NCBI RefSeq assembly: GCF_016433145.1
Contig: NC_058136.1
Location: 41,855,852-41,919,851, forward strand
Source of the DNA: Gracilinanus agilis
Taxonomy: Eukaryota
DNA: 64,000 nucleotides
Direction: 5' to 3'
Numbering within the stretch: position 1 is the first letter of the stretch; each line of letters starts with the position of its first letter. The notes beneath the pieces were generated by a model. The model worked only from the letters and a program-made list of their open reading frames with translations, was not told the DNA's origin and searched no databases. This document shows, piece after piece, positions 38,452 through 50,430 of the stretch. A program made the translations under genes and the position numbers.

Positions 38452-40229
38452 CACTAGGGTGTCTGAGTGCTCCCTTGGAAATCCTTAAGGAAAAGCTATA
38501 TGGCCACTTGGAGGACACATTGGACTCGATAAGGCTCTTTCCACCTCTGAAATTCTGGGATTCTGAGTCAAAAAGAGTCTAGGAAAGCAAGGCACACAAC
38601 AGGATGATGACACTAAGTTTGAAATTCACTTCTGATCTCGAACTACTATTACTATCATTTATGAAGAGTTGACTGAATGCAGAGCACTATGGCAAGGTTA
38701 AATAAGACAACTCAAGTCTACAAGCACTTATTAAATGCTTACTACATTCCGGGCACTGTTCTTGATAGGCTAGTAAGGAAATTATCCAAATAGATAATCT
38801 TTAGATAGTGTTTTAAGGTTCACAAAGCACTCTGCATAGATTACTTTATATGAACCTCACAACAATCCTCACTGTGATACAAGTGCTTTTACTATCCCCA
38901 TTTTACAGATGAAGAAACTGATGTAGGATATCTGCTTTTCCTGACTCCATCTCCAATACTATCTATGGCAAGTTGCCTCCTTGGGAATAAGACATAAACA
39001 CAGATTCTATGATAATATACCAAGAATGATAAGAATAAGAATAGCATTTATGCAGCACTTTAAGTTTTATAAAACAAATTACATATGTGAACTCACTTGG
39101 AGTTGAAAGGGAAAGTTATTTATTACCTACTGGGGGAAGGAGGGGCATAAGAAAGCTTTCTGGGAAGAGGTAGTATGTGAGTTAGACTTTAAAGAATAGG
39201 TAGAAATTCAACAAATAGGAAGGGAGAGCATTCCAGGCCTAGGGAACAAAATGAGCAAGGCCTTGGAAGCATGAATGAAATAATGAATGAAAGAGGAAGG
39301 GAAGAAGTCCATTTTAAGGACCTATTATGTGCTAAGCACTTTAAAAATATGATCTCCTTTGATCCTGGCAGGTAGGTGCTATTGTTACTCCCATCTTATA
39401 CCTGATGAAACTGAAGCAGGCAGAGATTGAGATTTGCCCAGTTTCACACAGCTAGCCAGTGTCTGAGGTTGGATTTGAGACCAGGTCTTCCTGATTCCAG
39501 ACCTACTGTGCAACCAACTAGCCTAAAGGATGTCAACTGGTATTTGCAAAGAGCCTTTGTAGTTAGTTGATGAAATACTTTCCCACATCTCATTTAATTC
39601 TAACAATAATCCCAAGAGGTAGACAGAGCAGGTATTATCATTCCCCCATCTTACAAATAAAGTGAAGTTTCATGAAGGTTAAGTTTGAGTGCTGGAGGGC
39701 AAATTCAAACTGTCCCTGAGCTCTCCCAGCATCACCAGAGAGAACTGAAGGAGGAAGTGCTTGCTTTGGGTGGGGGTGGACAGAGGAGCGGGGCATGCAA
39801 AAAATGTCCTCAGGCACTGGGAAGAGGGGGCCTGGAGCAGCTCCCTGAGTGCCAGCTCTGCATGTGTGCCACATCTTTACCAAGGCAAGTAGGGTCATAC
39901 AATTTATACTTTGGCAAAATAGGGCCTGGAATCCTTGAGGCAGACCTCAAGGACAGAGGTATTTTTCCCCAGGGTCACCATGCCTCTCTAGATCAAATTC
40001 AAAAGGGGGAGGCCACTATGACATGACAGAAAGAACTTGAATTCAAAATACTTGAATGTAAGTTCTAGTTTTGCTAAGTATTAGCTTATGATCTTGGACA
40101 AGTCCTAGAATCTTGTTTCCTTGAACATAAAATGAAAATAATTGCACTCCCCCACTCAGAGGGTCAACAACAGCGTCACCCAATCTGAGTTAGAAGGGCC
40201 ATTAAACAGCTAGTTGGTCCCGTCCATAC

Positions 40230-40640
40230 ATGATTGCAATCCCAACTAGAATATGCCCAACAAGAAGTTGTCCAGTCTCTGCAGAGAGTCTTCCTCTTTT
40301 GGATACCTATAATCATTTAAGAAGTTTTCCTTATATCATGCTGAAATTTGCCTGTTTGCAACTTATATCCATTGCTCCTACTTCTGCCTTGTTGGGAGTA
40401 AAGGACAAATCTAACCTTTCTTTCACTTGCCAGCTCTTCAAATACTTGAAGGCAGTTGGCAAGTTCCCCCTTCCCCTCACTCCTCCCGTCTTCTCTACCC
40501 AGTTCATTCAAGTAATCTTCATAAGACATGAACTCAAGGCCCTCTCCAGGTTAGCAATGTCCTTTTTAAACCACAGCGCCCAGAAATGAACACAATACTT
40601 CAGATGAGATTTGATGAGGAGAGACCACAGTAGGACTGGA
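40230..40640 (-). mobile_element. L3/CR1 remnant (minus strand)
   Basis: Reverse complement of the CR1 RT 3' region (cagcgcccagaaatgaacacaatacttcagatgag; ttcttcaagtaatcttcataag). Similar remnants at ~44330-44960 and ~45940-46200. Confidence 0.65.
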
Positions 40641-43389
40641 ATCACTGCTGGTTCAAATTAAGCTTAAAATTCTCCTTCCTTCTGCATAATCACTGATCTC
40701 TAACCATACCTCTCCCATCTTGAATTTGAGAAAGCTGCCTTTTGGTACCCAGATTAAGACTTTATATCGATAACTAATGAATTTCATTTTATTATTTCCC
40801 TAACTCAGAACTCCATCTCCTGCCAACATGCCTTTGCACTGGCTGTGCCTCATGCCTCAAATGTTATCCTTCCTCTTCTCTATCTCTTAGAATCCCTAGC
40901 TTTCTTCCAGGTTCAGCTCACATTTCATTTCCTCCATATAATACCTTTCTAGATCCCCGTACTTAAGTGTTCTTTCCCTCCTCCTCAAAGCTTTAGGCAT
41001 AGAGTACATTTATTTATAAGCTGTATTCCCCTAGTTGAATGTTAATCTTGAAGGCAAGGATCCCTTGCTCCTTTTGCCTCCATATCCCTAGTACCTAGAA
41101 CAGTAATTTGGACATAATAAGCACTTAAATTCTGGTTCGGTAACATGTATGCAAAGCACTTTGTAAACTTCACAATGCTATATAAAAATGGGAAGCAGCA
41201 TTATTAATGTGAAGTAAGACAAATAGGAGTGTCATCTTACAGATGAGGAAACTGGGGCTCAGCGATGTTAAGTGACTTGTCCAAGGTCACACTGCTACTA
41301 AGTATCAGAATTCAAAGCAAGTTGTTCTGGCTCTCAGCCCAGAACTCCTTCCAATGCCCAAGGACCTCCTGACAATCAGTATGTGAATTAAACTCCCTCT
41401 GAACCGCAACAGGAAAATAATCCTGTATGCAGGCAAGGCAGGCAAAAAATATATAAACCAGTAAAATAAGAGTTGGCACAAGCCTAGATCTCCAAAGCAT
41501 CATGGTGGGTACAAAGGCTACCAATGGACTTGGTTAAAAATCAATTGGATCTTTTCTTGGAAGTATGTTTCTTAGCAAGCTACTTGATCACAGCTAAACA
41601 CATTTCACATCATGATCTAACTTGCCATCTGAACTGAAATGCTAATATGATGAAAACACCAACTAAAACAATAACCCACTGGCCAAACTGTCAGTCCGCT
41701 TTTCTTACGTATGCTTTCCACATGTTTGAATTAAAAAAAAAAAAAAGGATCCAATATGATGACACTGATACAATTATATTTTGATTTTGATCAATTGAAA
41801 ATTCAAACCTCTATTACTTCTTAGATAACCGCTGCCTTTTATGGGCCACACTAAAAACACCCTCAAAATGTAAACATCATGCCGTTTTCTGTCAGACAAT
41901 TACATAATACTCTATATCCCAAACCCCTCTGTGATCCAGAAAACGTGAACAGGCACTAGCAACATTTTAAAAGGCTGTTATCACTTTCCCAATCATTCGT
42001 AAACACATCAGGAACATTCCAGAGTTTATGTTTAAAAAAACCTTGCACGGAAATTGGAAAACAGATGATTTGGCATGAGTAACAGGTCAATTATATGGAA
42101 TTATAATTATTTCTGTGTATTGGGAGTTTATGTTAAACATGAGAATGTGAGAGTGAGCAGCAGTATTTGATTTTAATTGCTAAAGCCTGGGTTATCCAAA
42201 ACATCATGAGAACACTGGAGAAAATGAGAAAATGACATGAGGCTAGGGAGCTGAGGCTCAAGCTACAGAGGGAACTCTAGTAACAGATGCAGCCCTCTCT
42301 GAGGGATTGGCTTAAACTTATGATTTACAGGATGGAGTCGGCTTTGCCCCGAGAGTCAGCTCCACAGTTAGATAACTCTCTTTGCCTTTCTAGGTATCGA
42401 GAGCGTAAGCCATACATCCCCATCAATATATGGCTGAAGAATTGCAAAGCATTTTTCACAGAAGCAGCAAATTTGAAGGCTTTCTTCAGCTCCTTCACCA
42501 TCCCTTACACTGACAAGGGAAAGTTTCCTATAAAGTCCCAAATAAGACAAATGGGAAACATGCTCCAAACCTGTAGGCAAAACAAACGATAAATAACCCT
42601 AGCTGGTCAGCATGACAGAACGGAAGGCTTCAGAAGGCAATGTGTAAGCCCCCAAATAAGATCATACGAGAGCAATGTGGAAGGAAAGGGACCAAGGGAA
42701 GATGAAGCAGATCCCTGACCATTTCCATCAACCTATAAACTGGTCAGTGACCCCTTGTCAATAGGCAACTGGGCCAGGGACATCGGATGAAACCTCAGAA
42801 GTCATCTAATACAATCCCTCCCATTTTTCAGGAGGGAAACGGAGGTCTCAGAGAAGTGATATGACTTGGCCTGGGTCATATAGATAACAAATAGAAGATA
42901 AAGGATTCAAACATAGCTTGATTTAACACATGGCAGTGGGGGGAAAAGGAAGCAAGGGGAGGGGGTGCTCAGGGGGATAGGAGACATAAAACCAGCTCAA
43001 TAGAATATTTTCATGACATTTGCATCAAAAAAAATGGGAAGACACATTATGTGAGCCAACCAGAAAGATGTGTTTTCCTCATCCCTTCTCACTGTGATAT
43101 TCCTTTGGTCAGTACTCCTTAGACCATAAAATAGGGGGATAGAGGTCTGAGCATAAAGGCAGAGGGTAATATGATCTATCATAGGATGTCAAGTTTGAAG
43201 AAGCCTTTGTCTACTCCAACTCCTGCATTTTACATGTGAAACACTGAAGTTCCAGGAAGCAGAAAGACTTGCCTAAAAGAAAGAAGAGTCTCTTTTTGAA
43301 GGCACATTCCCTGATTCCAGACCTATTGCTCTTAGAATATTAATGTTGAAAGCACAACATTGCAGTCCTTTCCACTGAAAGGGATGGAT

Positions 43390-43610
43390 TTAGATCCAGA
43401 GTAATGGGTCTGGAGTCAGGAAGACCTTAGTTTAAATTCAGCCTCACACACTAGCTAGCTATGTGACTCTGGGCAAATCACTTAACCTATGCTTACTTAA
43501 GTTTCCTCAACCGTAAAATGGGAATAATAACAGCATCTACCTCCCATGATTGTTGAGAGGATATAACATAAGCGTGCTTTGCAAACCTTAAAGTGCTACA
43601 TAAATATGCT
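43390..43610 (+). mobile_element. MIR
   Basis: Near full-length MIR: tggagtcaggaagacc...ctgggcaaatcacttaacc...gtttcctcaaccgtaaaatggg...gctttgcaaaccttaaagtgcta. A similar copy lies at ~34840-35070. Confidence 0.8.
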
Positions 43611-46257
43611 ATTAATTTCACTTTACCTTTTTCATGAAACTCTAAAAAAAAACATTTTACACTTTGCTTTTGTAAAAGTAGAAGAAAAATATGACTTTTA
43701 CATAGATTCAGGATCATGATTAGATATCGAGTTACAGGTTTGGTTTGACCACATTTTACAGATGAGGAGCTCCAGAAATGGTAAATGATTTGGTCCAAGG
43801 CAGGCAGTTCATTAGAGACAGAGCCAAGGACTAGAAACTGGGTCTTCTCAGACCTGGTCTTACTACATGGACTGTTAAACTAGGCTGTCATTCAGTGGTG
43901 TCCTCGGGATCAATTGTAGGGAAGAAGAGGTAACTACTAGGACTTATAAAAAATGGCTGGAAACTGCTGGGTTTTAAGAGGTGTGCCTTTTTTTCTTTGA
44001 CTTTTTGTCTTCTCTTGCACTGGCTACTGGGCTGGTCAATGTCAGTACGTGATATAACTTTGATTTTGCCATTTTTAGCATGTGCTAAACTAGGAGATCA
44101 GATGGTCTTGACTGTTACTAAGACCTGAGTGAACCTGGTAGGGTTCCTCAATCAATGAGGTGAAGGAAGCTTTAGGAGACAGACATCCTGTCACCTAATT
44201 TCCCCATCTTCTCACTCCCCAGCTCATTTTTCCCTCCTCAGATCTTTCAAAGTCTCTTATGAGAACTTCATATAATTAGAGAAGTAGAAAGGAACAAAGA
44301 CAGTCTATCTAGACTTCTGTCCTTTATAACATACCCACCCAATGGCCCTCCAGCTATAGGGATTTAATCTACTGTCTCCTAAGATGGCCCACTCCACCTT
44401 CAGATACCTCTAGTTGTTAGGAAGAGCATCTGACTTGATCTTCTTGCTGATAGTTTTGCCTCTGTAACCAAGAGGCCCAAACCAAATACCCCTTCTTCAT
44501 GTCAGCCTTTCTTTAAGACAGTGATTAGTTTCTCTTCCCCAAGTTACCTATCCCAGCTCTTTCAGCTGAGCCTCAGATAGCATGATATTGAGTCCCTTTA
44601 ACACTTTCCTTAGCCGCCTTGGCATGCTCTAATTGGCCAATGTCCTTTCTTATCAAGGAACCCAGACCTGAACAGTACTAGTACTCCAGATGTGATATGA
44701 TTGAGAAAGGAGTGCAGTAGGACTATCACCAATTCCTGGACACTGTATGTTTCAGGGTCTAAGTGGCTCACATTAGCTTTCATCTCTTACTTAGGTTTTA
44801 GTCCAGTAAAAATCTCTCATTTCCTTCCAATGACAGTTTGCCAGTACCTCCTCCATCTTGAACTTGTGATGTTAAGTGTTTGAAGCCAAGTCTAAGATAT
44901 TTAACTCTCTTCATATTCATCTTATTAGATTCATCCCAATGTTCTAAGAGTCTGTCGGGTTATTTTAATATATTTAATTGCCAACTAACAGGTTAACCAG
45001 TCCTCCTGGCTTTGTTATCTGTGTAGTTGGTAAGCAGCATATTGCTAACAACCATTATAAACAATTTTCCCTCCCTTCCAAAAGTTTTAGGACTTGCAGT
45101 TTTCCGCATTAAAAAACAAAAAGCCAGACAGGCCAGTAAAGCAACAGGCCTTTATTATGGTACATTTTAACACACAAATGAAGGCCCAAGGCCTTAAGCC
45201 AAACACCATGGGTCAGAGGCATGAAGAAACATCGGGCAAGGGGGTCATAGGATTCAGGGTAAAGGATGTATCTAGATCTCATGTGCCAGAGACTAATAAG
45301 ATGGTCTTCTGAGACCATAGCAGGAAGAATCAATTAGGGGGAGAATTGGGGTAGGGGTGGAGTGGTCAATGATGATCTTTTGGTGAGGTTGCCTTCCGAC
45401 TCGGCATACCCAGGCTCCCCCAAACATTTCTCTTCCTAGTTGATGTGTGGGATGGCTGGTTCTTCCTTTCTTCCACATACCAAAGCTATTCTGGGTTTTA
45501 CAAAAAGGGTCACAGGATCCTAAAATTATAAGATAGGAAATAAAAGGGACCTTAGAGGTCACTTAGTCCAACCTCTCTATATTACAAATGATGAAAATGA
45601 GACCTGGTGAGGTTAAGTGATGAGATAAAGAATATAGAGTACTTGAAGAGCAATATAAATGTGAGTTTTATTATTGCACAAAGTAACAAATATTAAATGG
45701 CAGAACTAGAATTGGACCTCGAGCCCTCTGACTACAAATTTGATAAGCTCACCATCTCAGTATCATATGCTCAGAGACATGTGATTAAGACATATTTAAT
45801 TTGGGAAAGCTTTCAAGAAAAGGCAAAAAGAGAGCATGTCCAAAACAGGGATGGCCTGTCACAAGTGAGTCTTATGGGTCTCAGAATAAGCAGAAGGCCA
45901 AAGACAAATTCCTAGGGCACTCTACTAGAAACTGTCTTCTAATCAACCACCGATCCTTTGATGATTCTGGCATGGCCATTCAACCATATTCTGAATACAC
46001 TTCAATATAGTATCATCCAGCCCACACCCTTCTATTCTATCCAAAATAAGAGATATGCCTAAATTCTAGGAAAATATCTACAGTATTTCCCTTTATCTAC
46101 CAATCTATTAATCCTGAGGTTAACTGGGAATACCTTGCTCTTAAGAAAGTCACTCTGACTTTGTAAGCTGTTCTGTTCACTAGCAATTCTTTTCATGTAT
46201 TCTAGGATTTTGTCAGAAACCCAAGTCAAGCCAACTGGTCCCAAAGCTGCAGATTTT

Positions 46258-46280
46258 TCTTCTTCTTCTTCTTCTTCTTC
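46258..46280 (+). repeat. (TCT)n microsatellite
   Basis: Tandem trinucleotide repeat. Confidence 0.9.
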
Positions 46281-48319
46281 AAATTGGACAGCGTTTGTGT
46301 CTCTTCATTTACCATCATCTATCAGATATCACAGATTAAGTCAACAATCACATCCACCAGTTTTTTCAGTACCCTGGGATGTAGTTTATGTAGAATTGGT
46401 CACTTGAACTCAGAAATAGGATGATCACTCCTATTATCTATCTCATCAGTCATTTTCAGCATTAGTTTGAACCACCTCGACAGCAAGGGCTCCATCATAT
46501 CCTTGTATCTCCATATCAGTGGTTTTGTTGCTGCATGTAATCCCTGGAACAATAAAGATGACAATCCCTCTCTGACTTAGAAGATGGTCTTTAGAGATCA
46601 GACAGTGACTGAAAAATTTATCAAGATGATGAGAAACCTCAGAAATTAGTTAAACTGGTTTGTGGATAACAGACACAAAGTCTATTATCTCTCTTACATT
46701 CTAAGCCTTGCCAGCTTGGTAGGTCCCTGACAGAGCTTGGAGTTAAAATGTCATAGTCTTTGAGAACCTCCATGCCATAAAGAAGCATTAAGGTAGGGTT
46801 TTAGGGAAAGCTAGATATCTATTTATTAAGTAAATGAATCTCTTTTGGCTGCTCCAAGGCCCTTCTTGCTTACCTATAGTTTCTAGCTCTGTTCCACATA
46901 GCTGAGATTGCTAGAAGAGCTAAAACTGAGTCTATTTGACCTCTACTCCGGGACTCTTTCCTATCCCTCACAAAACAAAATGTGCATTAACATGAGAGGA
47001 AAGGGAAAGAAAAAGGTGGCCACTTAGGAACACAGGCTCTATTATTGTAGAAAAACCATAGAAGAGATTTCCAAGGCCCTCTTCTGTCCAAGAGTACCTT
47101 TAAGTCAGACAACCTATTTCTGTCTAATGAGCAAAGTGGCTGCTTCCTTTTATCTTCTCACTGTCCTCTAGATTTTATCTATACTTAAAAATTATTTTAT
47201 TGGCTTCCACTTAAAGGCTCAATGCACCAGGTGCATTTTTGTGAAGAGAGGAGAATGGATTTAATTTAAAAGGATGCATACAGAATTGTCTCAATTTTCA
47301 AACCACAATTTCTAAAGAAAACTCTCTCGCTAATATGGCCCAACATTAATTAACCAAGGTCAATAGAGTTTAAAAGACTCACAGATGACTTTATTTGATA
47401 AATAAATGGTTTCTTGATGATATTTTAATGAACTAAATTACCTAAATGAAATATTGCATCTTAGTACATTTTGCTAAGCTTCTGCTATATTAGTGATTAA
47501 TGTGTTAAATAAAAATGCTGCTTTTACTATGATTCACTTAACTAATGTACTCAGTAAAGGAACACTAATTCCAGGAAGTTCTTTCATAAGTGTTATATGC
47601 AAAATAAAGTTAGTTCATTCAAATGAAATTAACAAGCCTAATTTTGCTTTTAAATATTAAAATACAAGTCCCATTTATGAAGAGTTCAATTTTGGAGCTT
47701 TTTTGGATCCAATTCTACTTCTATATCATCTAATAGATTGCAAATTCTTAGAACCTAAAAGAAATCAGTGTCCTCTAATAGAACTTAAAACTGTCATTGT
47801 TAAGGAAAATTTTCAAATGTATGGCTGTATATGGAATTTAAAATTATGTTCAATAAACTCTTCCCATATATGTAGCAATTGCATTTTCTCCTATCACACC
47901 AGACTCCTTCTGAAGAAGTATTCTATATCAATTGAGGTATCTTCCCACCACCAGAGTTCAATTACCACTGATTCAACACAGTTTAAGTTTCATACTTTCA
48001 ATTGCAACGTTACATAAACCATTTATTCCAAGAATTAGCATCAGCTAATTACAAGAATTAGTGAGTCTAAGCTGTTAACCTGAATCAGGTGAAAAAAATT
48101 CTCATAACGATTTCAGCAACTTTAAAAAAGTGAACATCCTAAGCATCAAGATTTTAAAAAGAAATAATACCACACACTAATTGAACTGTTTTCACTTTTC
48201 TAGATGGAATAAGCAGAAAGAAAGGAGAATTTTAGAGGCATTTCCTATTTTTATTTTCATATCTTATCTTCATCCCCTCCAACATGAAAACAAATTTCAT
48301 TTTGCTTTCATCCAATGAC

Positions 48320-48323
<4 letters not shown>

Positions 48324-48354
<31 letters not shown>
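48324..48354 (+). repeat. (TA)n microsatellite running into a gap
   Basis: Tandem TA. Confidence 0.95.
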
Positions 48355-48718
48355 NNNNNNNNNNNNNNNNNNNNNNNNNNNNNNNNNNNNNNNNNNNNNN
48401 NNNNNNNNNNNNNNNNNNNNNNNNNNNNNNNNNNNNNNNNNNNNNNNNNNNNNNNNNNNNNNNNNNNNNNNNNNNNNNNNNNNNNNNNNNNNNNNNNNNN
48501 NNNNNNNNNNNNNNNNNNNNNNNNNNNNNNNNNNNNNNNNNNNNNNNNNNNNNNNNNNNNNNNNNNNNNNNNNNNNNNNNNNNNNNNNNNNNNNNNNNNN
48601 NNNNNNNNNNNNNNNNNNNNNNNNNNNNNNNNNNNNNNNNNNNNNNNNNNNNNNNNNNNNNNNNNNNNNNNNNNNNNNNNNNNNNNNNNNNNNNNNNNNN
48701 NNNNNNNNNNNNNNNNNN
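48355..48718. other. Assembly gap (364 N)
   Basis: Run of N. Confidence 0.99.
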
Positions 48719-48872
48719 TAGAGACGGGAGGTCCTAGGTTCAAACCCGGCCTCAGCCACTTCCCAGCTGTGTGACCCTGGGCAGGTCACTTGACCCCCAT
48801 TGCCCACCCTTACCAATCTTCCACCTATGAGACAATACACCGAAGTACAAGGGTTTAAAAAAAAAAAAAAAA
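48719..48872 (+). mobile_element. Young SINE1_Mdo-like SINE (5' end in gap)
   Basis: B box GGTTCAAAC and long A tail. Same subfamily 3' end (ccacctatgagacaatacaccgaagtacaaggg) as 4518-4703. Confidence 0.9.
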
Positions 48873-49763
48873 TGGTGGCTACTGCTGGTTGTTGACGGAT
48901 AACCTGGCAATGGTTTACAGGATGACCAGAATCAAGGGAAATGATGAGTCCTAGGAGTTTCGATCACTTCTAAGCATCTCGGGTATGAATTCAGCAGACC
49001 ATTCACAGGTCCTAGGACATAAACTAGTATACTTGCGTTTTGAAAGGTAAAGAAGTTATCATTAGCCCCCTGCCACAACAAAAGTTGTGCATTCTCTCCT
49101 TTAATGAATAATCCCACTTGATGTTAAGGGCGACAAACCACAGAGCAGGATGGTCTAACACTCAAATTTTTTCTCAGAAAACTTGGCACTGGACGGGCCA
49201 GTGAGAAGCAACTTGTTTTCTTGGAGTTAACTACTACTCTTGGAAAAGAGGAAAAGTAACCCCCAAATAAAAACGCCGGGACTGTCTACATCCACCCAGT
49301 CTACGCTAAGCTCCCACCCTGGGATTTAGCCTCCAACAGGCACCAAAGTCCGAATGCCTCCCTTGCCCCTGCAGTTGGCAACTTTGGGCAGCACCCAGCA
49401 GCTTCTGCGCTCCTGCTTAGAGGAATCGAGTACCTGAGAATTTGGAAAGTGGAAAGAGTGGAAAGAGCCAGAAAGAGTGGGCAACGTCACCCGGAAGGCA
49501 GCTCACGAAGAGGCCTAGGAGATCCTCTTAAGGATCAGGGCCAGTCCCAACGCCCCAGCCCCGGGAATAACAACAACTCAGGTTCAGACCTCCGGCTTGA
49601 GCCGGACTCAGTACAGTTAACCCAGCCCCGCCTCGGAGGGCCGCGGACTGTCGCCGATAGGGCAGCCCCGGAGGAGTCCCGAACGCCCTCCTCGGGGACC
49701 AATGCCCGCCGCCCGTCCAGAAGTCATGGCCCGCCCTAGGTCAAGTCCTGAAGCCTTACATAC

Positions 49764-49812
49764 CAGTCCCTATCACCACCACATCGAACTCCGAAGGGAG
49801 TTTATCTGCCAT
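49764..49812 (-). CDS. CHM: CHM (Rab escort protein 1) coding exon 1
   Basis: ATG at 49812 reads MADKLPSEFDVVVIGTG, matching the REP1 N-terminus (human MADTLPSEFDVIVIGTG). Ends at a G|GTATGT donor. 49 coding nt equals human exon 1 (c.1-49). Confidence 0.97.
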
Positions 49813-49819
49813 CTTGAGA

Positions 49820-49854
49820 GGGGCGGAGTCACGTGACAGTGCCTGTCGGAAGTG
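49820..49854 (+). promoter_or_regulatory. Sp1-type GC box (GGGGCGGAG, 49820-49828) and ETS/GABP motif (CGGAAGTG, 49847-49854)
   Basis: Consensus motifs within the CpG-rich promoter, typical of housekeeping genes. Confidence 0.6.
49828..49837. promoter_or_regulatory. Palindromic E-box GTCACGTGAC (USF / MiT-TFE CLEAR consensus)
   Basis: Exact 10-bp palindrome at c.-25 to c.-16. Binding is inferred from the motif only. Confidence 0.65.
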
Positions 49855-49897
49855 GCGTTTCAGTTCTTTCCCAACGGCGCGTGAGCGCAATGCATTC

Positions 49898-49911
49898 GGG
49901 GATTTGTAGTT
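49898..49911 (-). promoter_or_regulatory. ZNF143/THAP11 (SBS/Ronin-type) motif GAACTACAAATCCC
   Basis: The minus strand reads GAACTACAAATCCC, matching ACTACAnnTCCC. The 12-bp core lies at c.-97 to c.-86 relative to the ATG. Confidence 0.8.
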
Positions 49912-49989
49912 CGTAGAAGGACCAAGGGAGAGGAATCCGGTGGGGGAGGCAGAATTTGAATATCGCTCTTCTTTATTAGAAGCCATGCA

Positions 49990-50430
49990 GTTAGGGTGCA
50001 GTGGATAGCGTGATGGGCCTTGGAGTCTGGAAGACCTGAGTTTACATTCTGCCTCAGATGCTAGCAAGCTTAGTGATCCTTAGGCAAGTCATTTAATCTC
50101 TATTTGCTCTAGTTTCTTCAACTGTAAAATGGAGATCATGACAGTGCCCACCAACGGGAGTGATTGTGAGGACCAAATAAGTTAGTATTTACCAGGTGGT
50201 GCCTAGTACATTTGTGGTAGTTGTTGAGGCCTTTGTGACTCCATTTGGGGTTTTCTTGACACAGATACTGGAGTGGTTTGTCATTTCCTTCTGAAGTTCA
50301 TTTTACAGATGAGGAAACTGAGGCAAACAGGGTTAAGTGACTTGCCCAGGTTCATCCAGTCTGTTAGTGTCTGAGGTCAGATTTGAACTCAAAAAGATGA
50401 GTCTTCCTGATTCCAAGCCCAGTGTTCTAT
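49990..50430. mobile_element. MIR (+, ~49990-50200) followed by a MAR1-type SINE (-, ~50220-50430)
   Basis: MIR head and core, then reverse MAR1 signature ggagtggtttgtcatttccttc...ttttacagatgaggaaactgaggc. Boundaries approximate. Confidence 0.75.

Larger units (their letters stand above)
49540..49920 (-). promoter_or_regulatory. CpG-rich CHM promoter / exon 1 / start of intron 1
   Basis: Local CpG- and GC-rich island in otherwise AT-rich, CpG-poor DNA, spanning the start codon. No TATA box evident. Contains GC box, E-box, ETS and ZNF143-type motifs. Confidence 0.85.

Noticed and set aside
48284-48840. Long ORFs containing X runs (also near 3155-3726, 21704-22401, 23631-24076)
   Set aside because: Artefacts of N gaps.
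49449-49739. 96-aa ORF antisense to CHM in the CpG island
   Set aside because: Low-complexity Pro/Arg/Ser content expected from stop-poor GC-rich DNA; GTG start and no homology recognised.
49764-49812. Alternative identities CHML (REP2) or GDI1/GDI2
   Set aside because: CHML coding sequence is intronless and GDI has a different N-terminus (MDEEYDVIV). Exon sizes 49/67/73 match CHM.
49756-50067. 103-aa ORF suggesting an N-terminally extended CHM
   Set aside because: It starts at a TTG inside a MIR, runs through the promoter and reads past the exon 1 donor. The true start is ATG 49812.
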